Shown in pieces: positions 38,101-50,100 of a stretch of 64,000 nt of DNA (positions are counted from its first letter, which is position 1; every line of letters begins with the position of its first letter). The position numbers were made by a program, and so were the translations under genes. The stretch is from Stegostoma tigrinum (lineage: Eukaryota): assembly GCF_030684315.1 (NCBI RefSeq), contig NC_081368.1, positions 68,355,754-68,419,753 on the forward strand, in the 5' to 3' direction. The notes below the pieces were generated by a model. The model was not told the origin of the DNA and did not search any database. It saw only the letters and a program-made list of their open reading frames with translations.

Positions 38101-41100
38101 AGTATGCACAGCAAAGTCTCCATTAGAGGGGGTGTTTCTACAGTATTTGAACACATGATTAACTTCTGAGCTGATTTTGCAAAAGAACTTTGATGTTCAA
38201 GGCAGCACTACATGAAAGAAAAAAGATTGCAGAATGATTAAGAGCTGGGTCAACGAAGGACAATCCCACCGGTAGTCCCACTACACATGACAATGGCAGT
38301 GAATGGAGTTCAATCTCAGGGTCTGGGTCAGAAAGACACAGCCATTGATTTGCTAGGGCATCTTTAGCTTCTACATGCTAGAAGGCTGGCATACTTGACA
38401 CGAAGTGGCACAATCAACTGTGCCGTAAAACTTGACTGGATCTCTTTGCAGAGAAATGCAGTGAACTAACCATGACGAGGCACAAAAGATAACGCTCACT
38501 CGAGTCAGTGCCTCATCGAAAAACGTCTGAACTGCAGCACACATTACTTATCGGCGGAACAAGGCTTGTATTTGGGGCTCATTGTGTGCTTGTTTCTGAG
38601 TTCTATTCCTTAAAACCGGACCCCTGTAGCTGTGGCCAATGTAAAAACGTTGTTTCAGCTACTCCAAAATTCATTTTACCTTTCCAGAAATTTTTATTCC
38701 TTTGCACAGCACGAATAAAACTATTATCCAAGTTATGAGTAGGCAGACAGCTAGATGCCAGATGACCTTCCCAGTCTCATTAATTGAACTTGAACGATGT
38801 AAAACTGTAACACTGAATGAATGAAGACAGAATTGGTTAGAGTAGTATTTATTACATTGAAGAATAAATTCTGTCCCTGTTCGAGGCTAAGTTCTCAAGG
38901 GAGCACTACAGCTTGTCTTGTTTCTTGGAAAAGAACATCACAAAAGAATAATAAAAATGTGTGAATAATTAAAGAAACCCAAAGGAAGACAAATTTTAAT
39001 CTAGCATGATTACCAATGTGAAGTATAAGAGAGACAATAGACATGTATATAGGTACCTGTATCACTGAGTGGAGCTAGAGGCACAGACATGAGCCAGCTG
39101 AGAGCCACTTATCAGGAACCAGACACTGGGAGCTGGGGGCTACATTATACCAACAGAAAGCCTGCAAAGCAGTTGTGATGCATCATGTTGCAGGAGGCTG
39201 GAGGCTCACTGCAATGTGTGAGCCACTGTTCACTGCTACCATTTTTCTTTAATAGTAAGAAACATGGTCTAGTGTGTTACAGGAAAAACACTTGCCTCAT
39301 CTAACTAGAAGAATCTCTCGTGGATAATGAGGTACAGCTTATTGCATGCCAGCAACTAGTTACACATTATATTTATAAGAAAGACTGATTTGAGGCAGAC
39401 CAGATATTAGGTCTTGACATCCCAAGGGGTTCAGTCCAGATGACATCGCCACAGTGGGTAGTGTATTGGACAACGATCAGTATTTACCTATTCAGGCCCT
39501 GAAGCACAACATGGAAGCAGTGAGAATTCGGTGATTCTCATTATAAAGGTAATCACCTCAAAGTCACATATCTCGAACGCTTGAATTCCAAATATAATGT
39601 GCGAGGCCATTGGGAACATATCCAAAAGGTGACAGCGTCGAGGCAAGGCCTCAGTATGTGTAGAGAAGATCAGGCTCTTCATAGCCAGAGTGGAGGAAAG
39701 GGTACCTCTTGTGAAAACTCCTCAGAGAGTAAGATCGAAGATGAACTCTGCTTTAGGGCTCTCAGATGACTCAAGTAATTTTAGAGCGATATATATTATA
39801 CTCTATCTGCTATACCATCTATCAGTGTACCTCTAGAATCTGGGGAGCTCTGGAAATTCAAAATCAATGCAGACATTGTATGCAGCCATTTGTTTTCACC
39901 ATTTATGCAGCAAAAATTTCACAAACCATTGTTTTTAAACAGTACAGTAAACAGCAAGCCCAATTTATCTTTCGTACACAAATTAAAAATGGGGTTGATA
40001 TCTTCCGTACACATATTAAAATTGGGGTTGATTTTCCTGTAAAATACCATTGCATTTGTATTTGAAAATAAGGCAGCGAAAGGAATGAAAGAACGTGATA
40101 AGTTGACACCACTGTCAATTTCTGAGTGCAATTTCATTTAGACTCCATTTGTAACTATGCGGAGGCCCTTTTTTATATGGTGACTGGGAGTATTGTGGCT
40201 CACAACCCCTCATATTCTCCCAGCTTTCAAAACTGTATGTAGGAAGATGTGTTACCAATGAAAACTCTTCATTGGATCTTCAACTGTAGGTCAGGCAAAG
40301 CAAACATTTTTGTGACAGTTATTCTTGGGTCTGGGGCCTTGTAGTCTTACAAGTTGATTACAAGATACCCACTGATCTCATGTGCTGCCCTTGACAGAGC
40401 CTCCACAGTTCCTGAAATTTTGGCTACACTGTACAATTCCTTCAACCCATAGACTGCTGAATTGCTTCTTGCAGATATTGTCATGCTTTCACAGTTTACC
40501 AAACTTTTGAAGAGCTGGAACCTCCAGGCCAAAAATTGGATCTGGTCCTACACCGATCATCAAGCGAACTGGTTCTACACTGATTCTATGATCACCTGGC
40601 AAACCATAGCCATCCGGTGCACAATAATGCTTAATGCAGAAATCAGTTCCCACCCTCAAATCTCTACATTAGTATTTGCATTTCGGTGAACTGACAAACA
40701 GTAATTCCAGAGCCCTAGCTTCACTAGCTTTTATAGTACCCACTTTGAGTAGAATGTGTACTCACTCCCAAAAGTGTTCACTTCGGATCTTATGGAATGA
40801 AGAATTCTGACAGTTTTTATTTCCATTAATTTCTGTAGACGATGTCAAGTTGCATGTGGGATCTGAAAAATGATAAATAATGCCTAAAATATTCACCTCG
40901 GGAGAACATCATTGGTCCTGTGCTGCATTCAGACTTTCTGATCTGTTCAGACTTTTCTACTCATTCTGTTTTATTATATGGTAAATGTGAATCAAATAGT
41001 GATTCAATCAGCCTCAACAATTAGTTGCAAAAAGTATTTGTTGAGATCATCCCGTTAAATAAAAATCAAATCATTTTTAACTCTCCTAATGATAAGATAA

Positions 41101-44100
41101 TATCCCTTTTGCATTTGTCTAAACACTAAAAGATAATCATTCTCTTATTTACCTTTTTAAAGTGTTTCCACCTTAACAACATCAGCTGCATTGAACACAG
41201 TCTGATTCATTGTGATTTTTTTTCTCTCAAGGTCACTTATATTCCTGTCAAGGTGTAAGTGTAGTTGTGGTATGACGCACTAACCTTTATATTGCTGAGG
41301 TCAGGGGCTAACTTGCTGACACCTCCACCTACCACCCTCTTAATCACGACCCCACCCCTGACCAGTAAAACATCATCTCTCAGACCTCCCATAACCTCAT
41401 CACCTCAGGTGACCTCCTGCCCACTGCCTCTAACCTCACTGTTCCCCAACCTCCCAGCACCCATTTCTATCTCCGTCCCAAAATCCATAAACCTGACTAC
41501 CCTGGTCAACCCAGTGTCTCCGCCTGCTCCTGCCAATTGAACATATCTCCACTTATCTCAACTCTTATTTCTCCCCCCAGTCCAGGAACTCCTCACCTAC
41601 ATCCGGGACAGCACCCACCCCTCCACCTCCTCAAAGAATTCCGATTCCCTGGCCCCCAACACCTCATCTTCACTACGGACATCTAGTCCCTATACACTTG
41701 CAATCCCCATGCAGATGGCCTAAAAGCCCTCCAACTTCCTCCTCTCCTGCAGGCCCGACCAGTGCTCCTCCACCAAGACCCTTATCCACTTAAGTGTACT
41801 CGTCCTTACACTGAACAACTTCTCCTTCAACTCCTCCCACTCCCTACAGTCAAAGTGTGTGGCCATGGGTACCCGCATGGGCCCAAGCTATGCCTGCCTC
41901 TTTGCAGGATACATGGAATGATCTCTCTTCCACAGCTACACAAGCACCATCCTCCACCTCTTCCTCCATTACATTGATGACTGTATTGGCACTGCCTCAT
42001 GCATCACCAGCTTTACTAACACCTTTCACTCCAACCTTAAGTTCACCTGGACCATCTCTGATACTTCTCTCTTCTTCCTGGACCTCTCTGTCTCCATCTC
42101 TGGTGACCACCTCAAAACTGATATCTATTTCAAGCCCACCGAATCCCACAGCTACCTAGACTACACCTCCTCTCACCCACCTTCCTGCAAGAATGCTTTC
42201 CCCTATTCCCAAGTCCTCCACCTCTGCCGCATCTGCTCCCAAGATGAGGCATTCCACTCCCGGACATCCCGATGTCCTTGTTTTTCAAGGGCCGCATTTT
42301 TCCCCCTTCAGTGATCAAAAACACTCTCAACCTCATCTTTTGCGTTTCCCATACCTCTGCCCTCACATCCCGTCCCCGCAGTAAAAACAAACACAGAAGT
42401 CCCCTTGTCCCCATATATCATCTAATTAACCTCTGGATTCAACGCATCATTCTCAACCATAGGCAATCTGACCCCACTACAAAGGATATATTTCCCTCCC
42501 CACCCTATGTGCCTTCCATAGGGACCGGTCTCTCTGCAGCTCCCTTGTCTGCTCCACACTGCCCACTAGCCCCACCACTCCCGGCACCGTTCCCTGCAAC
42601 CACAGGAAGTGCCATACTTGTCCCTACACCTCCTCCCTCACCTCTATCCCAGACCTCAAAAAAACCTTCTACATCAGACAGATGTTCACCCGCACATCTG
42701 CAAATGTGGTATATCCTATCCACTGGTCCCAATGTGCCCTCCTCTACATCAACGAGACCAAGTGGAGGCTCGAAGACCACTTTGTACAGCACCTGTGCTC
42801 TGTTTGCGACAAACGACAACACCTTCCAGTTGTGAACCACTTCACCTCCCCCTCCTACTCCCACTCCCTGGACAATATGTCCATCCTAGGCCTCCTCCAG
42901 TGTCACATCGGCACTACCCGGAAACTGGAGAAGCAGCACCTCATGTTCCGCCTTGGAAGCCTACAACCCAATGGTCTCAATGTGGTCTTTACTAGCTTCA
43001 AAATCTCCCCACCCTCAACCTCATCCCATGGCCAACCCTCCCTCTCATCCCCACCTCCTTGACCTGTCTGTCTTCTCTCCCATCTATCCACTCCTCCCAC
43101 CTCACTAACCAATCCCCACCACTACTGATCTTCACTCAACCATCACCATTCCACCTCCCTACCCCAACCTGACCAGCCCTCTAGTTATCTTAGAGTCCCT
43201 TTCCTCCTCCCCCATTTCTGAAGAAGGGTCCCAACCTAAAACGTCAGCTTTCCTGCTCCTCTGATGCTGCCTGGCCTGCTATATTCATTCAGCTCCACAC
43301 GGTGTTATCTCAGACTCCAGCATCAGCAGTTCTTACTATCTCAGGTGGAAATGTTGCTTTTCTTTACAGCAGGATGGATTGTGAGGTTACTTTTTTTTAA
43401 GTTGGAAGGTAACCAAGGCTAGGGAATAAATATTCAAGGGCATCTGATATTTCAGATGGGTAGAAAGAAATACAAAAAAGGTGGAGTAGATCTATGATAA
43501 AGCATTAAATTAGTGCAACTATGGGAAATGATCTTGGCTTCAAAGATCACAGTCTAGAATCAGTTTGGATGGAAATATGAAATATCAAGTGAAAAAAAAT
43601 CCCCGGTAGATGTACTTAAAAGTTCCTTCACCAAACTGCAATGTAGGATAGAGTTCATTCTGTAAAATAAGGAGAGCCATTAAGGAAAGTGATACTTACA
43701 TTGGTGATATTCATCCCTGCGTAACAATATGTCTCAAATTTGATAATTTTGCTTTCACAAATACAGTTTTTTGCTCGATTTAGCACCCATCTCAATGATT
43801 ATAATTATTTAAATAAATTTTCTATTTATTCTACATGCACCTTTTATGCCTTTCTGGATGCTACCCTATCATCCAATGGTACAATAGTCTGTGTCTGCAA
43901 AAGGTGGTGAAGGAGCCAACGAAAGAAAACATACTTGACATCACCCTCACCAATCTGCCAGCTGCTGCTGCACCTGTCCATGAAGGGCTTGGTAAGAGCA
44001 ACTACTACACAGTGCTTGTGGAAACAAAGTCCCACCTTCACATTGAGAATACCTAGCATCGTATTATGTGGTACTATCACTGAGCTTAACAGGACACACT

Positions 44101-47100
44101 TTGAACAGATCTACCAACTCATTACTGGGTTTCTATGAGGTACTGTGGGCCAACAACAGCTGCAGAATTGTACTCCTGCACAATCTGCAGCCTCATGGCT
44201 CGGCATATTCCCCCAAGCAACCATTACCATCAACCCAGGGGATCAACCCTGGTTCAATGGAGACTGCAGACCAGAAGCAACACTGGGCATTCCTAAAAAT
44301 GAGGTGCAAAACTCGTGAAACTATTAAACAGGACCACTTACATGCCAAGCAGCAAGTGATAGACAGAGCTAAATGAGCCCACAGCCAACAGATCAGATCT
44401 AATCTCTGCAGTCTTGCCACATCCAGTCATAAATGATGGTGGGCAGTTCAGCAACTCACTTTAAGAGTTTAACAAAGATTTGTAGTTCAGGTTATGGGTA
44501 AGGTTGTGGGCTTGCTCAGTGAGCGGGCTTGTTTGTGTTCAGATGTTTCGTCACCCTGCTCAGTAACATCATCAGTGACGCTTCCGCTGAACTGAAGTCG
44601 TTCTACTCCACTTGGAGCTTATATTGTCCGGTCTGTAATGGTGAGTACTGTTATTTCTGGTTTTGTTCTGTATGGGTTTGTATATGGGCTCCAATTCTAT
44701 AGTAATGTTGTCCTAGTTAAACTGATGGCGTTCATTGTCTAAATGCATTGATATTAAGGAAAGTTTGTTGTGTCATTTTGCTGCTAGCTGATGTTCATGT
44801 GTTCTGATGGCTAGTTCCTTCTTGGCTGTCCAATGTAATGTTTGTGGCCATCATTGGGACAATGTAACTCTCATAGCCCAAGCCAAACATAGACACACAT
44901 GGGAATTCCTAAAGGCATGCTTCTGAACCCATCATGCAATCAACAAATGTCTAGAATTGGACCCCATATACAAACCCATACGGAACAAAACCAGAAATGA
45001 CATCACTCACCATGACGGTCCAGACAGTATAAATTCCAAGTGGAGTAGAACAACATTGCTTCATCAGAGGCCTCACTGATTATGTTAACTTGCGTGGTGA
45101 TGAAACATCTGAACAAAAACAAGACAGCTTGGCAAGCAAGTCAACAACCTAAACAACTCACTGGAAGAGAAAGCTTCACAAATATCCCCATTCTCAAAGA
45201 TGGACAAGCCCAGCACATTAGTGTAAAAGATAAGGCTGAAGCATTTGTAACAACCTTCAACCAAAAGCGTCAAGTGGATGATCCATCTTAGACTCCTCCA
45301 GTGGTGTCTAATATCACAGATACCAGTCTTCAGCCAATTTAATTTAATTCACTCCATGCGATATCAAGATATGCTGGAGGCACTGGATACTGCAAAGGTC
45401 CTGGGCCCTGACAATATTCTGACAATAGTACTGAAGACTTGTGCTCTACAACTTGCTGCACCACTAGCCAAGCTGTTCCAGTATGTTTACAACATTGACA
45501 TCGACTCAGACATGTCCTGTACACAAAAAGCAGGGCCAATCAGTGCCCCATCAGTCTACTCCTGATGAACAGAAAATTGACGGAAATGTCATCCACAGTG
45601 CTATCAAGTAGCACCTGCTCAGCAATAACCTGCTCAGTGACACCCAGTTTGTGCTCCACTTGGGCCACTCAGCCCCTGACCTCATTACAGTCTTGGTAAA
45701 CATTGACAAAACTGTATTCAACTGAGTATAGCATCAAGGAACCATAGCAAAACTGGAATCAATGGGAATTGGGGGCAAACTTTCTACTGGCTGGAATCAT
45801 CCCTGGCACATATTTAGAAAATTAGTTGCATTTGTTGGAAGTCAGTCATATCAGTTCCATGAAATTATTGAATGAAATTCTTAGGGAACATGTCCTAGAC
45901 CTCTAGCCGCTTCATAATGACATCCCCTACATCATAAGGTCAGAAGTGGAGATGTTCACGGATGATTGCACAATGTTCAGCATCATTCACAATTCTTCAG
46001 TTACTGAAGCAGTCCATGTTCAAATTCAACACGATCTGAACAATATACCGGCTTAGGTTAACAAGTAGCAAGTAACATTCGCGCCACAAAAATGTGTGAG
46101 GGGATGACCATTTCCAATAAGAGATCATCTAACCAGCGAGTTTTGAGAAGATTTGTAGCTCAGGTTGAGGTTCTGGATGTGAGTTTGCTCGCTGAGCTGG
46201 AAGGTTCGTTTTCAGACGTTTCGTCACCATTCTAGGTAACATCATCAATGTGCCTCCGACGAAGCGCTGGTGTTATGTCCCGCTTTCTATTTATCTGGTT
46301 AGGTTTCCTTGGGTAAGGCTGATAAATAGAAAGCGGGACATAACACCAGCACTTCATCGGAGGCTCACTGATGATGTTACCTAGAATGGTGACGAAACGT
46401 CTAAAAACGAACCTTCCAGCTCAGCGAGCAAACTCACATCCAGATCATCTAACCTTTCACCCACCCCGACTGTTGACATTCAATACAGTTACCATCACTG
46501 AATCCTCCACTAACAATATCCTTAGGGCTACCCTTGACCAGAAACTTAACTAGACTTGCCAGACAAACATAGTGACTAAAAGTGCAGGTCACAGGCTAGG
46601 AATACTGCAGCGAGTTATTCGCCACCTGACTCCCCAAAATCTGTTCATATCTACAAGGCGCACTTGTCTGGATAAGTGCGGTTCTAACAAAACTCAAGAA
46701 GTTTGAACCCATCGTGAACAAAATAGCCCACATGATTGTATCATGTCTACAAGGTTCCACTCCCGACATCACCTAAGGTCAGTTGCAACAGCATGTACCA
46801 CCTACAAGACACATTGCAGAAATTCACCAAAGATTCTTAGATAGCACCTTCCAAACCTATGGCCACTTCCATCTCGAAGGACAAGAGCAGCGGATAAATA
46901 GGAACACCACTACCTTCAAGTTCCCCTCCAAGCCACTCACCATTCTGACTTGGAAATATATCACCATTCCTTTGCTGTCACTGAGTCAAAATCTGGAATT
47001 CTCACCCTAATAGGCCTACCTATTACACATAGACTGCAACAGTTCAAGAAGACAACTCACCACCACCTTCTCAAGGGCAAGCAGAGATAAATGCTGGCCA

Positions 47101-50100
47101 GCCAGCGATGACAAATCCCACAGTGAATAAAAAAATTACATAATTCAGTTATAACTCTGTTATTAATCATTGAAACGTGGATGGGGCATTCTTAAATCCA
47201 AAAGCCATAACCTAATATTGGTACAATCCATGGGTATGACAAAAATTTTCTTGGACAGGTCCCTGCCAGTATCCTTTCTACAAATCAATTTTTGGTTGAA
47301 AATGACAAGCTACCAACTCTGTCAATTCAAACATCTACAACACCAAAATAGGAATTACCAGAAAATCTCAGCCAGTCTGGCAGAAAGTCTGGAGAGAAAA
47401 CAGAGTTAACATTTTGGGTCTAGTGACCCTTCCTCTGACCTGGTTTTGTTTCTGCTTAACGAAATTTTCCAATCATAGAGTCATAGAGTGACAAAGCATG
47501 GAAACAGACCCCTTGGTCCAACAAGTCCATACCGAACATAATTCCAAACTAAGCTAGTCCCACCTGCCTGCCCCTGGCCTAAATCCCTCCAAACCTTTCC
47601 TATTCATGTACTTATCCAAAAGTCTTTTAAATATTGTAATTGTAACCACATCCATCTCTTCCTCAGGAAGCTCCCTCTGTTTAAAAAATTTCCCCCCATG
47701 TCTTTTTTGAATCCCTCTCCTCTCATCTCAAACGTGCCCCCTAGTCTTGAAATGCACCATCCAAGGGAAAACTTAACCCTGACTGTAGCCCTCCTGATAT
47801 CTGGGAAAGGGCACAAATCTACTTTTGCAATTGCATTCCCTTTCCTCCATAACATCTGATTGAACTACCTGGTTTAGAAACCAATTTGACTGGAAAAGTT
47901 CAATTACTCTGGCTCAGTTCAATCAGATGATGCTCCAACATATATATAAAATTTCTTTTGTTGCTTAGGCTTGGGTCTCTGGGTTCTGTCCCTGGGTTTA
48001 ATTGATAATGTGTCTTGTTTATTGCATGTGAATTGCCTGCAAACATCATGTTTGGTTAATGTGGTATGCCCATGTGTGTCTTTGGAAGTTTATTTGGATT
48101 TTCTGAGCAATCTCACTACATCTATCTGTTGATTTTTCTCTGACATCTCCAAATTTGTTAATCTAAGTTCACTTTGAAGATTGTTGCAGAGATAGTAGGA
48201 ACTGCCAATGTTGGAAAATCTGAGATAACACAGTGTGAAGCTGGATGAACACAGCAGGCCAAGTAGCATCAGAGGAGCAGGAAAGCTTGACGCTTTAGGT
48301 CAGGACCCTTCTTTGGAGATTGTTCATTTCTCCTCTTTGTCATCCTTGTTCTTTCTGTCATCCTCTATGACACTCCCTGATACACCTGTACATTCTCATT
48401 GTCTTTTCTATAATCCTGTTGTTTTAACATGTTCATGTCACAATTGATTCTTTCCCCTCCAATGAGGAGTATCAATTAAATACGTCACTTCATTCACAAT
48501 TTTAACTACTTTGGTTGGGAAAACTGAACATCGCTTTTCGTAGCTTTTCTTTAAAAGACAATTGTACAAAAACATTTTCATCAGCTTTGAAATGTTGAGT
48601 TGTCATATGTTTTTCTGATCACTCTTTCATTTTGTCTTGGGAATGTTTCAGACATTCCTGCACAACTCTACACATTCCTGTCAACCTCTTCGGAAATGTG
48701 AACACATTCTCTAACATTGAAAGTTCATTTATCTGACGTTGAACGATTTATCTCCGATCAATTTTAATGGCCATTTTATTTCATGGCCGGAGTTCACTGA
48801 ACAAAAGCCAGAAGATTCATTTTGGAGCATTTCTTGTCACAAATAAGCGAAAATCTAAACTTTTGACACCATCCTTTAGACACTCAGAATCATACAATCC
48901 CTACAGTGTGGAAGTAGGCTATTCAACCCATTGAGTCCACCTCAACCCTCCGAAGAGCATCCTACCCAGACACACCCCACCTACTCTATAACCCTGCATT
49001 TCCCATGGCTAATCCACATAGCCTGCACATACTTGGACTGTGGGGAAAATCTGGAGTACCTGGGGGAAACCCATGCAGATACAGGGAGAAAGTGCAGACT
49101 CCACAGACAGTTGCCCAAGTGTGGAATTGAACACAGGCCCTGGTGCTGTGAGGCAGCAGTGTTTTGAGTTTCATAACAATGAATACCTTCCCACCTGATA
49201 ATCGGTGAAATTTATTTAAGATAAATAAAAGGAGTGAGAGAGAACGCACAAAAATACATAAACAGATTCGGAAAGTGCATAGCAAACAGACTTTAACCGT
49301 GGTTTTGACAGTCTGGTAATATCTCTTCAAAGCACATTAGGTCTGTGGATGGTATGCAGTCGATTTAACTGTTAGCTCTCAAACTACTGATGATATCCTG
49401 TAAAGGTTTTGACATAAAGTTTGTTCCTTGATCAGATTATACTTCCATTGTTAGACCATAATGATTGAAAAACTATTAGTTTTTCGGCTACCACCTTAGC
49501 TTTCATTATTCTTAAGGGAATGGCTTCAGGAAATTGAGTAGTCATATCCATAATTATGAGGATTATATTTATTTATACTTTTCATTTTAGGTAATGGTCC
49601 TACACAATCCACTCAGACACAATCGAATGGTTCCTAAAAACTGGGACACTGGTTTAACTACATATTGAGGTTGACAAGTATAACATGTTTACAAAGCTGC
49701 ACAACATCTGATTTTGGCCATGTAAAATGCCTGCATTTGTTGAATTGCTACATGTCCTGCTATATGAATTTCATGTGCTACTCATAATATCTTCCTGTAA
49801 TAATTGGGCTGTCCCACAATCTGATGAATAAATATCCATTATTCATTTGCAGGTGTGTGAGGAGATCTTCATTTCCTCATCAGTACTCCATTTTTAAGAT
49901 GATGGTATTATCTCCTTCAGCCTCTCCCTCAGTAGGAGATGACTATGCTAATTCAGTTAATTCAAGGCCTGCTTTCTTTGCTTCAGTTGGGACCAAATAC
50001 ACTCTCTGGGTTACCTTTGCTTTTCAGAAAAGCCTTCCATTTGTTTATGGTGTCATATCAGCCTTTAATAATGGATTTTGTTTAACTATCACCCTAGTCA

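Larger units (their letters stand above)
43870..47135 (+). mobile_element. Long family B LINE (endonuclease to RT to 3' tail), interrupted by two PLE-derived inserts
   Basis: [45 protein letters not shown], tail caccaccaccttctcaagggcaa...tgaataaaaaaa. Confidence 0.88.

Noticed and set aside
42272-43112. Pro-rich and Gly-rich ORFs of 119-187 aa
   Set aside because: Frameshifted or antisense readings of the Penelope-like element.
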